From the NCBI GenBank assembly GCA_016208765.1, contig JACQXK010000015.1, forward strand, positions 1-56,874: a stretch of 56,874 nucleotides of DNA. Reading direction: 5' to 3'. This document shows, one piece after another, positions 26,200 through 35,761 of the stretch. The translations under genes were made by a program, and so were the position numbers. Source of the stretch: Candidatus Omnitrophota bacterium (GTDB lineage Bacteria > Omnitrophota > Gorgyraeia > Gygaellales > Profunditerraquicolaceae). Positions within the stretch are counted from its first letter, which is position 1. Every line of letters starts with the position of its first letter. A model generated the notes under the pieces. The model worked only from the letters and a program-made list of their open reading frames with translations, had not been told where the DNA came from and made no database searches.

Positions 26200-28121
26200 C
26201 AAAATTTAAAGTAACATTTTATCCGGATAATAAAACCATTGAAGTGGAAAAAGACAAAACCATTCTTTCTGCTGCTCTTTCTGCAGGCGTGTTGCTTAAT
26301 ACTTCCTGCGGCGGCGACGGAGTATGCGGCAGGTGCAAGGTTATTGTCAAAAAAGGCAAGGTCATTACCCAGCCAAGCGGTGCAATTACCCTTGAAGAAA
26401 AAAGGCAGCAAATGTATTTGGCGTGTGTTACCACTGTGCATAGCGATTTGGAAATAGAGATACCTGTTCAATCGCGGATTGATTTTGAGAAATTATCGCC
26501 TCAGGAATTGGCTCTAAGATTAAAAGGGCTTTATTCTGATTCTGAAGATGTCATTGAATCAGGGCAGGATATTATTGAAGGAGTCTTTAAGCATTCGCCA
26601 TTATCAACAAAGATATATTTAGAATTGGCTGAGCCTACGCTGGATGATAGCATAAGTGATTTGGAAAGACTTTACCGCCAGGTGCGTCGTGTTCAGGGCG
26701 TAGCTACAATGCAGACAGGTTTATATAATATCAGGCAATTAGGAGAATTGCTGCGTGATGCGGACTGGAAAGTTACTGTTACTTTGGGCAAGCGCAATGA
26801 TACAGTAGAAATTGTCTTGATTGAACCAGGGAATACTTCGCAGAATAATTTCGGGCTTTGTTTTGATATCGGGACAACTACTATTTCAGGCCAGTTGGTT
26901 GATTTAAACCAGAAAAAAGTCTTAGGGACAAAAGCCACATATAATAAGCAGGCTGTTTTTGGAAGCGATGTTATTACGCGCATAATTTATGCCCACCAAG
27001 AAAGCGGGCTGGAGAAATTACATAATGCTGTTTCTGATACAATGAATCAAATTGCAAAAGAATTGATCAATGAACATAAGATTGATATTAATGATGTGGC
27101 TTGTGTTGTCTGCGCAGGAAATACCACGATGATCCATCTTTTGTTAAGCGTTGACCCAAGCTATATCCGCAGGCATCCATATGTTCCGACGGCAAATTTT
27201 GTTCCGGTAATTAGAGCGGCTGAGGCAGGGATCAAAATTAATCCGCGGGGTTTATTGTCATGTGTACCGGGCGTGTCAAGTTATGTGGGAGGGGATACAA
27301 CGAGCGGTGTTTTGGCCAGCGGTATTTATAAGCAGGATGATTTGAGTATCCTTATTGATATCGGCACCAATGGCGAGATTGTTTTAGGAAACAAGGATTT
27401 TCTGGTTGCCTGCGCTGCTTCTGCAGGCCCTGCATTTGAAGGCAGCGGAGTAAGTTGCGGCATGCGCTCAAGTGCCGGGGCAATTCAGAAAGTAAGTATT
27501 AATCCGAAAGACTACAAGGTTAATTATACTACAATTGGTGATGCAAGGCCGCGCGGTATTTGCGGCTCAGGTTACATAGACATTTTGGCAGAGATGTTAA
27601 AAGCAGGCATTATTGATAAGAGTGGAAAATTAAGGCCGGAGAATAATAAACATATCCGTCAGGCAGATTCCGGGAGGGAATTTGTGATTGTTTTTAAAGA
27701 AGATACTGATTCTTCTGCCGATATAGTAATTACTGAAACAGATATTGAGAATCTTAAGCGCGCAAAAGCGGCAATTTTCTCGGCAACTGCGATTTTAGTA
27801 AGGCATATGGAACTTGATTTTTCTCTGATTAAGAAATTCTATATTGCAGGCGGTTTTGGCACTTATGTGAATATTGATAATGCGGTTCAGATCGGCTTAT
27901 TGCCGGATCTGGAAAGAAATAAGTTTTTGTTTATCGGAAATAGTTCTTTAGCCGGAGCCAGACAGGTGCTTTTATCAGACGAAGCAATGAAAAAAGCTGA
28001 TGATATTGCGCGCAAGATCACTTATTTTGAGCTTTCAGTTGATCCGGGTTATATGGATGAATATGGCGCAGCGTTGTTTTTTCCGCATACGGATCTAACC
28101 AGGTTTCCGAGTATAAAATAA
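26196..28121 (+). CDS. acsV: reductive activator of corrinoid Fe-S protein (RACo; 2Fe-2S ferredoxin + ASKHA ATPase)
   Basis: N-terminal plant-type ferredoxin domain (CGGDGVCGRCKV). DUF4445/ASKHA body (FDIGTTTISG, IDIGTNGE). ATGA overlap with acsC. Confidence 0.85.
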   Translation: MTKFKVTFYPDNKTIEVEKDKTILSAALSAGVLLNTSCGGDGVCGRCKVIVKKGKVITQPSGAITLEEKRQQMYLACVTTVHSDLEIEIPVQSRIDFEKLSPQELALRLKGLYSDSEDVIESGQDIIEGVFKHSPLSTKIYLELAEPTLDDSISDLERLYRQVRRVQGVATMQTGLYNIRQLGELLRDADWKVTVTLGKRNDTVEIVLIEPGNTSQNNFGLCFDIGTTTISGQLVDLNQKKVLGTKATYNKQAVFGSDVITRIIYAHQESGLEKLHNAVSDTMNQIAKELINEHKIDINDVACVVCAGNTTMIHLLLSVDPSYIRRHPYVPTANFVPVIRAAEAGIKINPRGLLSCVPGVSSYVGGDTTSGVLASGIYKQDDLSILIDIGTNGEIVLGNKDFLVACAASAGPAFEGSGVSCGMRSSAGAIQKVSINPKDYKVNYTTIGDARPRGICGSGYIDILAEMLKAGIIDKSGKLRPENNKHIRQADSGREFVIVFKEDTDSSADIVITETDIENLKRAKAAIFSATAILVRHMELDFSLIKKFYIAGGFGTYVNIDNAVQIGLLPDLERNKFLFIGNSSLAGARQVLLSDEAMKKADDIARKITYFELSVDPGYMDEYGAALFFPHTDLTRFPSIK

Positions 28122-28873
28122 TGGGTTACGTTATAGCGATGGCAGGAAAAGGCGGCACAGGCAAAACTACAATTGCCGCTCTAATTGTTAGGTTAATCAA
28201 AGAAAAGAAACTCGGTTCAATTTTAGCAGTTGATGCTGATCCAAATAGTAATTTGGGAGAGGCTCTGGGAGTTGTGCCGCAAAAGAGTATCGGCACAATA
28301 CTTGATGAGATCTCAAAACATCCGGAAAAAATCCCTTCAGGGATGCCAAAAGACAGGTTTATTGAATATGAAGTGCAAACGGCAATTGCTGAAGGAGAGG
28401 GTTTTGATGTACTCACAATGGGCAGGCCCGAGGGGCCGGGATGTTATTGTTACGTGAATAATGCTTTAAGGGCGGTTATGGATAAATTGATCAAGGATTA
28501 TAATTACATAGTGATTGATAATGAGGCAGGCTTAGAGCATTTATCCCGGCGCACAACAAGATCAGCTGATGCAATGGTGGTTGTTTCAAGTTTGTCTGCG
28601 GTAGGGTTAAAAGCAGCTCAAAGGATTAGTGAGTTGGCGAGTGAAATTGATATTAAGATCAAGAAACGTTTTCTTATTTTAAATTTAAGCCCTGATAATA
28701 TTACGGCTGATAAGTTTAAAGGCCTGAATTTTGAATACCTTGGAAGTATTCCTGACGACGAAGAGATTAGCCTGATTAGTTTAAATGGGCAATCGCTAAT
28801 GAGCTTAAATGAAAAAGCAAAGAGTTTAATTGTGCTTGGTAAAATTGGAGAAAAGATATGGCAACGCAACTGA
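28121..28873 (+). CDS. cooC: CooC/AcsF-type Ni-insertion ATPase
   Basis: P-loop GKGGTGKTT and the metal-binding CxC motif (GPGCYCYVN). MinD/ParA fold length. Confidence 0.88.
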   Translation: MGYVIAMAGKGGTGKTTIAALIVRLIKEKKLGSILAVDADPNSNLGEALGVVPQKSIGTILDEISKHPEKIPSGMPKDRFIEYEVQTAIAEGEGFDVLTMGRPEGPGCYCYVNNALRAVMDKLIKDYNYIVIDNEAGLEHLSRRTTRSADAMVVVSSLSAVGLKAAQRISELASEIDIKIKKRFLILNLSPDNITADKFKGLNFEYLGSIPDDEEISLISLNGQSLMSLNEKAKSLIVLGKIGEKIWQRN

Positions 28874-29829
28874 TGATAGAGAAGTGGCTTGGGAATGTTT
28901 CAACGACCACGATTGGAGCCACTAAAGCCGAGGGCGGCACCCGCGCAAATGTTGTGAAAATCGGCGGCGAGCAAGGTTTGCCATTTCTTTTTCAGGAGGC
29001 AGCCATGCCAAATAAGCCGGTAATCGCCTTTGAGGTCTGGGACATTCCTCCTGTAGATTGGCCGGATGAGCTGGTTAAATCATTGGGCAGCGTTGTAAAT
29101 GACCCGTTCGCCTGGGCCGAGAAGTGTGTCAGTGAATATAAGGCTAAAATTCTTTGTGTACGCATGCAGGGGGCACACCCAGATTTTGGAAATAAAAGCG
29201 CTGATGATTCAGCAAAGTTTATTTCGCAATTATTAAAAAAAGTCAGTGTTCCTTTGATTATTGTCGGTTCAGGAGATGACCAGAAAGACAGCCAGGTATT
29301 GCCTCTTTGCTGTGAGGCGGCAAAGTCAGAGCGTTGTCTTGTTGGCAGCGCTGTGCAGGAGAATTACAAGACACTCGTCGGGGCTGTATTGGCTGACGGG
29401 CATAATATAATTGCAGAATCGCCCATTGATATTAATATTGCCAAGCAGTTAAATATTCTAATTTCCGATATGGGCCTTTCGCTTGATAGGATAGTGATTA
29501 ATCCGACGATTGGGGCGTTAGGGTATGGTTTAGAATACGCTTATTCTATTATGGAGCGGGCTCGGCTTGCAGCTTTAGCAGGTGATAAAACCGTAGGAAG
29601 CCCTTTTATTTGTTTTGTGGGGCAGGAGACCTGGAGGACAAAAGAGGCAATGATTTCACAAAAAGAATTTCCGGCTTGGGGCCCGGAGGCCCAACGAGGA
29701 GTTGCCTGGGAGATTGTAACTGCAGCTGCTTTAATTCAGGCAGGAGCAGATCTTTTGGTAATGCGGCATCCGAAGGCAGTTGAAAAAGTGAATAAATACA
29801 TTGGTAGCTTGATGGAGAGTTCGTTATAG
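28858..29829 (+). CDS. acsD: corrinoid iron-sulfur protein small subunit (AcsD/CdhD)
   Basis: VVKIGGEQGLPFL N-terminal motif, 323 aa, TIM-barrel-type pattern, and operon context. Confidence 0.85.
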   Translation: MATQLMIEKWLGNVSTTTIGATKAEGGTRANVVKIGGEQGLPFLFQEAAMPNKPVIAFEVWDIPPVDWPDELVKSLGSVVNDPFAWAEKCVSEYKAKILCVRMQGAHPDFGNKSADDSAKFISQLLKKVSVPLIIVGSGDDQKDSQVLPLCCEAAKSERCLVGSAVQENYKTLVGAVLADGHNIIAESPIDINIAKQLNILISDMGLSLDRIVINPTIGALGYGLEYAYSIMERARLAALAGDKTVGSPFICFVGQETWRTKEAMISQKEFPAWGPEAQRGVAWEIVTAAALIQAGADLLVMRHPKAVEKVNKYIGSLMESSL

Positions 29830-29869
29830 AGTTGCTCAAGTAATCCAATAACGAAAAGGGCGATTAAAT

Positions 29870-30658
29870 ATGTATATAATTGGTGAATTGATCAACGGGA
29901 TGTACGCCAATATCGGCTCGGCAATTAAAGAAAAGAATAAATCCGTAATTCAAAAGTGCGCTCTTGATCAGGTTAATGCCGGAGCAGATGCTTTGGACAT
30001 TAATTGCGGCCCGGCATCAAGTCAGCCGGTTTTAGATATGGCCTGGCTTGTGGAAGTGGTTCAGGAAGTAACCGTTAAGCCTTTGTCTCTTGATTCCAGT
30101 AAGCCTGTGGCAATTGAATCAGGATTAAAGGTTTTAAAGAATAAAGGGATTATAAATTCTACAACTGCAGACTCAGGAAAACTGGAGATTTTAGTCCCTT
30201 TAGCAAAGAAATACAACGCCAAGTTAATCGGTATTACCATAAGCGCAAAAGGTATTCCTCAGAATAAGGATCAGCGTTTAGAGTTAGCAGCAACGATAAT
30301 TTCTTTTTGTTCGGATGCAGGGTTTTCTTTGGAAGATCTTTTTCTTGATCCTATCTTAATGCCGGTTAATGTTGCCCAGGCGCAGATGATGGACATTCTT
30401 GAATCAATAAGAGAGTTTAAAGTTATTGCCGGGCCGTCTTTAAAGACTATTATAGGTTTGAGTAATGTTTCACAGGGCGCCCATCAGAGGCCTTTGATAA
30501 ATCGTACCTTTGCAGTTATGGCAGCAGCATATGGCCTGGATGCAGCCATACTTAATCCTCTGGATAAAGATTTGATGGATGCGATAATCAGCGCAGAGTT
30601 GATATTAAACAAGCAGATATATTGCGACGCGTATTTAGATGCTTATAGAAAAAAGTAA
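29870..30658 (+). CDS. acsE: methyltetrahydrofolate:corrinoid/iron-sulfur protein methyltransferase
   Basis: MYIIGELING..AGADALDINCGP..INSTT is the pterin-binding MeTr pattern. 262 aa. Confidence 0.85.
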   Translation: MYIIGELINGMYANIGSAIKEKNKSVIQKCALDQVNAGADALDINCGPASSQPVLDMAWLVEVVQEVTVKPLSLDSSKPVAIESGLKVLKNKGIINSTTADSGKLEILVPLAKKYNAKLIGITISAKGIPQNKDQRLELAATIISFCSDAGFSLEDLFLDPILMPVNVAQAQMMDILESIREFKVIAGPSLKTIIGLSNVSQGAHQRPLINRTFAVMAAAYGLDAAILNPLDKDLMDAIISAELILNKQIYCDAYLDAYRKK

Positions 30659-31049
30659 AATTAGAAGGTTAAAAGTTTTCCGCCACCTTTTTCGCTTCCG
30701 CGGGTTTTTAAATGGGTTTAAATATGCGATATTGGGTATAGGGTATTTATTTTTGTACCACCGCAATATGCGCGTAATTTTTCTTTTTGGTATTGCGGCT
30801 TTTTTGGGCGGGGTTTATTTAAAGTTAAAAGGCATAGAATTGGCCGCGCTTTGTATTACGATCACCCTGGTTTTTATGGCCGAGATATTTAATACTGCTA
30901 TTGAGTTGGTGTTAGATATGACCACAAGAAAATACCACGCGCTTGTAAAATTAGTTAAAGATATTTCAGCTGCAGTGGTTTTGATCGCCTCAATAAATGC
31001 CGTTGCAGTCGGTACAATACTATTTACCAAAAAAATCTTTGGTTATTAG
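30639..31049 (+). CDS. dgkA: diacylglycerol/undecaprenol kinase family membrane protein
   Basis: AEIFNTAIELVLD motif, three TM helices, ~130 aa. Confidence 0.8.
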   Translation: MLIEKSKIRRLKVFRHLFRFRGFLNGFKYAILGIGYLFLYHRNMRVIFLFGIAAFLGGVYLKLKGIELAALCITITLVFMAEIFNTAIELVLDMTTRKYHALVKLVKDISAAVVLIASINAVAVGTILFTKKIFGY

Positions 31050-31056
31050 ATAAATT

Positions 31057-31065
31057 TGGTATAAT
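31057..31065 (+). promoter_or_regulatory. extended -10 element upstream of tRNA(CAU)
   Basis: TGgTATAAT lies 34 nt upstream of the mature tRNA 5' end. Confidence 0.4.
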
Positions 31066-31098
31066 ATTTGCTCGTTATTGTTTTGATAATTAGATTTC

Positions 31099-31172
31099 GG
31101 CGGAGTAGCTCAGCCTGATAGAGCACGCGGCTCATACCCGCTTGGTCGGTGGTTTAAATCCACTCTCCGCCA
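31099..31172 (+). tRNA. tRNA with CAU anticodon (Met, or Ile2 after lysidinylation)
   Basis: Cloverleaf: GGCGGAG/CTCCGCC acceptor stem, GCTC/GAGC D stem, anticodon loop CTCATAC, T arm GGTGG-TTTAAAT-CCACT, discriminator A. 74 nt, no encoded CCA. Confidence 0.88.
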
Positions 31173-31321
31173 TAAATTGCCAGCTATAGCTTAATCGGCA
31201 AAATAAACAGTGGTACTTTGAGCGAGCTATTAGGGAGGCTATGATGAGCGAAAAAGTGCCAGTCGCCGCCACTAAATTTTGATAGAATATTGCTAACAGT
31301 TATTCAAGAAATGGAGGTTAA

Positions 31322-31711
31322 ATGGCAAAGAAAATTGTGAGCTTGGTTTTTGTTTCTTTCTTTGTTTTAAATTTAGCTGGTTGCATTCCTTTGTTAGCAG
31401 GCGCTGCCGGAGGCGGTGGAACTGCGGTTTGGCTTTCAGGTAAATTATCGCAGGAAGTAGAGGGCTCGTTTGATAAAACAATTGAAGCGGCAAAAAAGGC
31501 TTTGCGTTCAATGGACCTGGAAGTAACTAAGACGACTGTAGATAAAAATATTGCCCAGATTATGAGCAAATATACTGATGGCAAGACTATATGGATTGAT
31601 GTGCGAAGGATCAGCCAAAAGCGTTCAAAGGTGGATGTAAGAGTTGGTGTAATTGAAGGTGATAAAGAGGCGGCAGATAAAATATTAAAGAAGATTGAAA
31701 GATATTTATAA
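31322..31711 (+). CDS. small lipoprotein (DUF3568-like)
   Basis: GGAGG SD. Lipobox LNLAGC after a signal peptide. Gly-rich segment GAAGGGGTAVW. Confidence 0.7.
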   Translation: MAKKIVSLVFVSFFVLNLAGCIPLLAGAAGGGGTAVWLSGKLSQEVEGSFDKTIEAAKKALRSMDLEVTKTTVDKNIAQIMSKYTDGKTIWIDVRRISQKRSKVDVRVGVIEGDKEAADKILKKIERYL

Positions 31712-31727
31712 TTTGATTTATTTGGAT

Positions 31728-31778
31728 AAGGGGCGGCTTCTTGTTGATGATAACTGTGAAACGCCCCTTATTATTTTA
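31728..31778 (+). terminator. possible intrinsic terminator
   Basis: AAGGGGCG..(26 nt)..CGCCCCTT followed by ATTATTTT. The large loop lowers confidence. Confidence 0.4.
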
Positions 31779-31780
31779 AA

Positions 31781-32764
31781 ATGTTTCTGAAAAAAGCCCA
31801 AGATACAATTAAAAAGTATAACTTGATTAAAAAAGATGATCGTATTGTTATTGGTGTCTCCGGAGGCCCGGATTCTTTAGCATTGTTATTTCTGTTGCAC
31901 AGCCTAAGAGATGAAATGCAGCTTGTTTTGCACGTGGCGCATTTGGATCATATGTTGCGCAAAGATTCTCATAAAGATGCGCAGTTCGTAAAAATTGCCT
32001 CCGAGAGGCTCGGGATCCCTGTTACCTGCGGTAAGGCCGATGTAAAAAAACTGGTTGTTAACGGGTCTTTTGAAGAAGCAGCCAGAAATGCGCGCTTTGC
32101 GTTTTTCTTAGAAACGGCAAAGAAAATAAATGCAAAGAAAATTGCCTTAGGGCATAACCTTGATGACCAGGCAGAGACTGTATTGATGCGCTTTTTGCGC
32201 GGAAGCGGGCTTTACGGTTTAGCAGGAATTATTCCAAAAAGAAAAATTTATGGCCTTGAAATTATCAGGCCGTTAATTGAAATAAAAAGAAGTGGAATTG
32301 AGGCATATTTAAAAAACAAGGGCATTAAGCCGCGTATTGACATTACAAATTCTCAGGATATTTATTTTCGCAACAAAATCCGCAATAGGCTCCTGCCGCT
32401 TTTGGAAAAGGAATATAACAAAAATATTAAAGAGGTATTGGCAAATACCGCCCAAAGCCTGGGGGCTGATTATGATTATCTTGATAAGATTGCACAAGCT
32501 TGGCTAAAGGGAAAGAGCACAAGGCTTGATATCGCAAAACTTGTTTTACTGCATCAGGCAATCAGGCGTTTAGTTTTTCGTAAGGCGATTGCAGCAGTTA
32601 AAGGAGATATCCGTCGTATTAGTTTTCAGCACATCAGGGAAATTGAGGATCTTTTACAGAGCCGCCCTGTAAATTCTATTGTTGACCTGCCTAAAGGAGT
32701 TTCTGTCTTAAAAAAACAGAAATTCCTGGTTTTTTATCTTAGGAAATCACGCACAAATGCTTGA
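31781..32764 (+). CDS. tilS: tRNA(Ile)-lysidine synthase
   Basis: PP-loop VIGVSGGPDSLALL and HLDHMLR, ~327 aa. The position upstream of ftsH is the classical arrangement. Confidence 0.9.
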   Translation: MFLKKAQDTIKKYNLIKKDDRIVIGVSGGPDSLALLFLLHSLRDEMQLVLHVAHLDHMLRKDSHKDAQFVKIASERLGIPVTCGKADVKKLVVNGSFEEAARNARFAFFLETAKKINAKKIALGHNLDDQAETVLMRFLRGSGLYGLAGIIPKRKIYGLEIIRPLIEIKRSGIEAYLKNKGIKPRIDITNSQDIYFRNKIRNRLLPLLEKEYNKNIKEVLANTAQSLGADYDYLDKIAQAWLKGKSTRLDIAKLVLLHQAIRRLVFRKAIAAVKGDIRRISFQHIREIEDLLQSRPVNSIVDLPKGVSVLKKQKFLVFYLRKSRTNA

Positions 32765-32830
32765 TTTTATATATACTTAGGGCTATAATAATAAATCTAA
32801 ATTAAATAATCCATTACAATAGGGGAGAAT

Positions 32831-35365
32831 ATGGCTAATAATAAGTCAAAAAAGAATAATGTTTTGAAACGCATTCCTTTCGGTTTAATTTTCGCTGTAC
32901 TTATAGTTTTAATCGTTATTAATTCTATGAGCGGGCCTTTTCCGGGGCTTCCTCAGGAAAAAAGCTACAGCGATTTTTATCACCTCTTAAAAGAAAACCC
33001 TGAGAAAATTAAATTCGTTACAAAGACTGAAACCGTTCTGCAGGGTGAGCTTACGGATAATTCAAAGTTTTTTGTGCACATTCCTGATAATGACCAGGAA
33101 TTGCTTAGCTTAATGCGCACGAATTTGAAGAATTTTGATGTAAAGCCGCCGCGCACTTTCTGGGCGGGGCTTCTTTTTAATCTGGGGCCTATTTTGTTGT
33201 TGATACTTTTTTGGTGGTTCATGGCTGCCCGCGGCGAGCAACTGGGTTCAAGGATCATGTCTTTTGGAAAGATCCGCCCGAAGATACATACTGAAACAGA
33301 GAAGGCAACCTTTGATGATGTTGCCGGAGTTGATGAAGCAAAGGAAGAATTAAAAGAGGTTATTGAGTTTTTAATGGATCCGAAAAAATTTCAGAAGCTC
33401 GGAGGAAAGATTCCGAAAGGAGTCTTGTTGGTTGGGCCTCCTGGTTGCGGCAAGACTTTGATTGCGCGGGCAGTTGCCGGTGAGGCGGGCGTGCCGTTTT
33501 TTAGTATCTCAGGCTCTGATTTTGTGGAGATGTTTGTGGGTGTTGGAGCAAGCAGAGTGCGCGATTTATTTGAACAGGGCCGGCGTGCTGCAAAAACTTC
33601 CGGTAAAGGGGCAATAATTTTTATTGATGAAATTGACGCTGTGGGAAGGTTGCGGTTTTCCGGGATTGGCGGCGGGCATGATGAACGCGAGCAAACTTTA
33701 AATGCCTTGCTTGTTGAAATGGATGGTTTTGATACTTTACAGGGCTTGATCCTTATTGCGGCAACTAATCGTCCGGATACGCTTGATCCTGCATTGATGC
33801 GGCCGGGTAGATTTGACCGCAACATTATAGTTAATTTACCGGATATCAGGGGCCGTGAAGAAATACTCAAAGTCCATACCCGTAAAATTAAGTTGGCTGA
33901 AAATGTTAATTTAAAGTCACTTGCTTCACAGACTCCTGGTTTTTCAGGAGCTGATCTTGCCAATCTTTGTAATGAAGCGGCATTATTGGCTGCAAGGCAT
34001 AATAAAGAAACTGTGGAGATGATTGATTTTGAGAAGTCAGTGGAAAGAGTGTTGATGGGCCCGGAGAAAAAGAGCCATATTATGTCCAAGAAAGAAAAAG
34101 AAATTACATCTTTGCATGAATCAGGGCACGCGTTAATGTCTTTGTTGCTTCCGGAAGTAAACCCTTTAAAGAAAGTTTCTATTATTCCGCGTGGTTTGGC
34201 AGGCGGATATACATTCACTCCTCCGTTAGAAGACAGGCATTATTGGACAAAAAAAGAATTAATCGCAGAGATTACAATGATGCTTGGCGGAAGAGCTTCG
34301 GAAGAAATTTGCTTAAGCGAGGTAACTACCGGGGCCCAGAACGACCTTGAGATGGCCACGCAAATGGCGCGCAGGATGGTTACTCAATTTGGCATGTCTG
34401 AAAAATTAGGGCATATAACTTTAGGCAGGCGCGAAGGCCTGGTATTTTTAGGCCGGGATATTGCTGAAGAGAGAAATTATAGCGATGAAACCGCGCACCT
34501 TATTGATGAAGAAGTCAAGAAGATCATTGATGAAGGGTATTTAAAAGCAAAGGAAATGTTAAAACAAAACTTAGAGAACTTAAGGCTGCTTTCGAATACC
34601 TTGCTTGAGAAAGAAGTGATGGACGGAGAAGCGGTAAAGCAATTGCTGATTAAGATCATGGCGCCTAAGGCAATGCATTATCTGGTGAGGCTAAATTCAA
34701 TTTCCAATATCTGTGCAAATATATTAAAACAGGATATGCTTTCTTTGGGAGGAGAGGTTGCTGTCTGCCGAGGCGCCTTAACCGGAGAAGTCAAGAAAAC
34801 AGATTGCCTTGTGATGGGCAATCTCTTGCAGCTTAGCCGGCTTGCAGGCAAGGTCTCCAGGCAGCCATTTGGATTGGACAAGGTTTCTCAGCATCTATTG
34901 TGTGCTCTCGCCAATTATTCCCGCCATGATTTTATTTTGAAGGTGGGGAAATTCAGGCTTAATCTTGGCAAGCGCGTCCATTTGATGGGTGTATTGAATT
35001 TGACTCAGGATTCTTTTAGCAAAGACGGGTTGTATTCGCACTCTCTCAGGGAAATTAAAAGCTATGCGTTGAAAATGGTACGAGACGGAGCGGATATCCT
35101 TGATATAGGCGGAGAATCATCGCGGCCCGGAGCAAAAGTTCTGTCTGCGAAAGAAGAGATAAAGAGAATAATTCCGTTAATCAAATCACTGGTTAAAAAA
35201 ATAAAAGTTCCCGTATCTGTTGATACTTATAAGCCTGAAGTTGCTAAAGCTGCATTAGACAATGGGGCTTTAATTGTCAATGATATAACCGGGTTAAGAA
35301 GTGCAGTAATGGCAAAAGTTGTTGCCAGATATAAAGCTGGCTTGGTGATCATGCATATGAAGTGA
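32831..35365 (+). CDS. ftsH: ATP-dependent zinc metalloprotease FtsH, reading on without a stop into the N-terminal two thirds of FolP
   Basis: Walker [32 protein letters not shown], zinc site HESGHAL. From about aa 610 (nt 34658) the same frame encodes FolP sequence ([13 protein letters not shown].., [32 protein letters not shown]). Confidence 0.85.
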   Translation: MANNKSKKNNVLKRIPFGLIFAVLIVLIVINSMSGPFPGLPQEKSYSDFYHLLKENPEKIKFVTKTETVLQGELTDNSKFFVHIPDNDQELLSLMRTNLKNFDVKPPRTFWAGLLFNLGPILLLILFWWFMAARGEQLGSRIMSFGKIRPKIHTETEKATFDDVAGVDEAKEELKEVIEFLMDPKKFQKLGGKIPKGVLLVGPPGCGKTLIARAVAGEAGVPFFSISGSDFVEMFVGVGASRVRDLFEQGRRAAKTSGKGAIIFIDEIDAVGRLRFSGIGGGHDEREQTLNALLVEMDGFDTLQGLILIAATNRPDTLDPALMRPGRFDRNIIVNLPDIRGREEILKVHTRKIKLAENVNLKSLASQTPGFSGADLANLCNEAALLAARHNKETVEMIDFEKSVERVLMGPEKKSHIMSKKEKEITSLHESGHALMSLLLPEVNPLKKVSIIPRGLAGGYTFTPPLEDRHYWTKKELIAEITMMLGGRASEEICLSEVTTGAQNDLEMATQMARRMVTQFGMSEKLGHITLGRREGLVFLGRDIAEERNYSDETAHLIDEEVKKIIDEGYLKAKEMLKQNLENLRLLSNTLLEKEVMDGEAVKQLLIKIMAPKAMHYLVRLNSISNICANILKQDMLSLGGEVAVCRGALTGEVKKTDCLVMGNLLQLSRLAGKVSRQPFGLDKVSQHLLCALANYSRHDFILKVGKFRLNLGKRVHLMGVLNLTQDSFSKDGLYSHSLREIKSYALKMVRDGADILDIGGESSRPGAKVLSAKEEIKRIIPLIKSLVKKIKVPVSVDTYKPEVAKAALDNGALIVNDITGLRSAVMAKVVARYKAGLVIMHMK

Positions 35366-35761
35366 ATGCCGTCTAATATGCAGAATAATCCTGAATATAA
35401 ATCTTTGCTCGTTGAGATCATTGAATATTTAGATTCAGCGATCAAGCGAGCGCAGGAAGCAGGAATAGATAAAGAAAAAATTATTGTTGATCCTGGCATT
35501 GGATTTGGGAAAACAGTTGAGCATAATTTAGAGATTTTAAACAGGCTTTCGGAGTTAAGGGTTTTAGGCAGGCCGATTTTAATAGGTACTTCAAGAAAGT
35601 CTTTTATCGGGAAAATACTGGGCCTTAAGCCTGAAGAAAGGCTGTCCGGAACAATTTCCAGCTGCGTGTTAGCAGCTTCAGCTGGAGCAAGGGTATTAAG
35701 GGTGCATGATGTTAAAGAGGTAAAAGAGGCATTAAAGATCTACGAGGCGATAAATGGATAG
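34658..35761 (+). pseudogene. folP: dihydropteroate synthase, lacking its own upstream stop/RBS context and interrupted by an in-frame TGA at 35363..35365
   Basis: The two listed ORFs (..35365 and 35366..35761) are in the same frame. The junction VIMHMK-TGA-MPSNMQNNPEY aligns with E. coli LMHMQ-G-NPKTMQEAPKY (from memory). The downstream half carries DPGIGFGK and GTSRKSFIG. Confidence 0.75.

Noticed and set aside
31239-31280. 13-codon mini-ORF MMSEKVPVAATKF with a GGGAGG SD as a leader peptide
   Set aside because: It is too short to evaluate. The downstream gene is a lipoprotein with no obvious need for attenuation. It is mentioned under the tRNA-trailer finding only.
33391-34218. 275-aa ORF antisense to ftsH. 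Similar antisense ORFs lie at 17065..17442, 41009..41407, 12501..12884, 26091..26471, 37305..37670, 47415..47928, 50328..50738 and 3245..3961.
   Set aside because: All lie fully inside well-supported genes on the other strand. They have low-complexity or odd composition, no SD, and no recognisable motifs. These are classic shadow ORFs.
35363-35365. Genome-wide UGA=Gly (code 25) or selenocysteine as the explanation for the folP in-frame TGA
   Set aside because: TGA terminates ten other genes at positions matching the normal C-termini of their families: the giant gene (frame A), acsC, cooC, tilS, pdxJ, acpS, hom, thrC, coaB and cimA. No other conserved gene here has an internal TGA. No hairpin resembling a bacterial SECIS follows the codon, and Sec at a structural Gly makes no sense.
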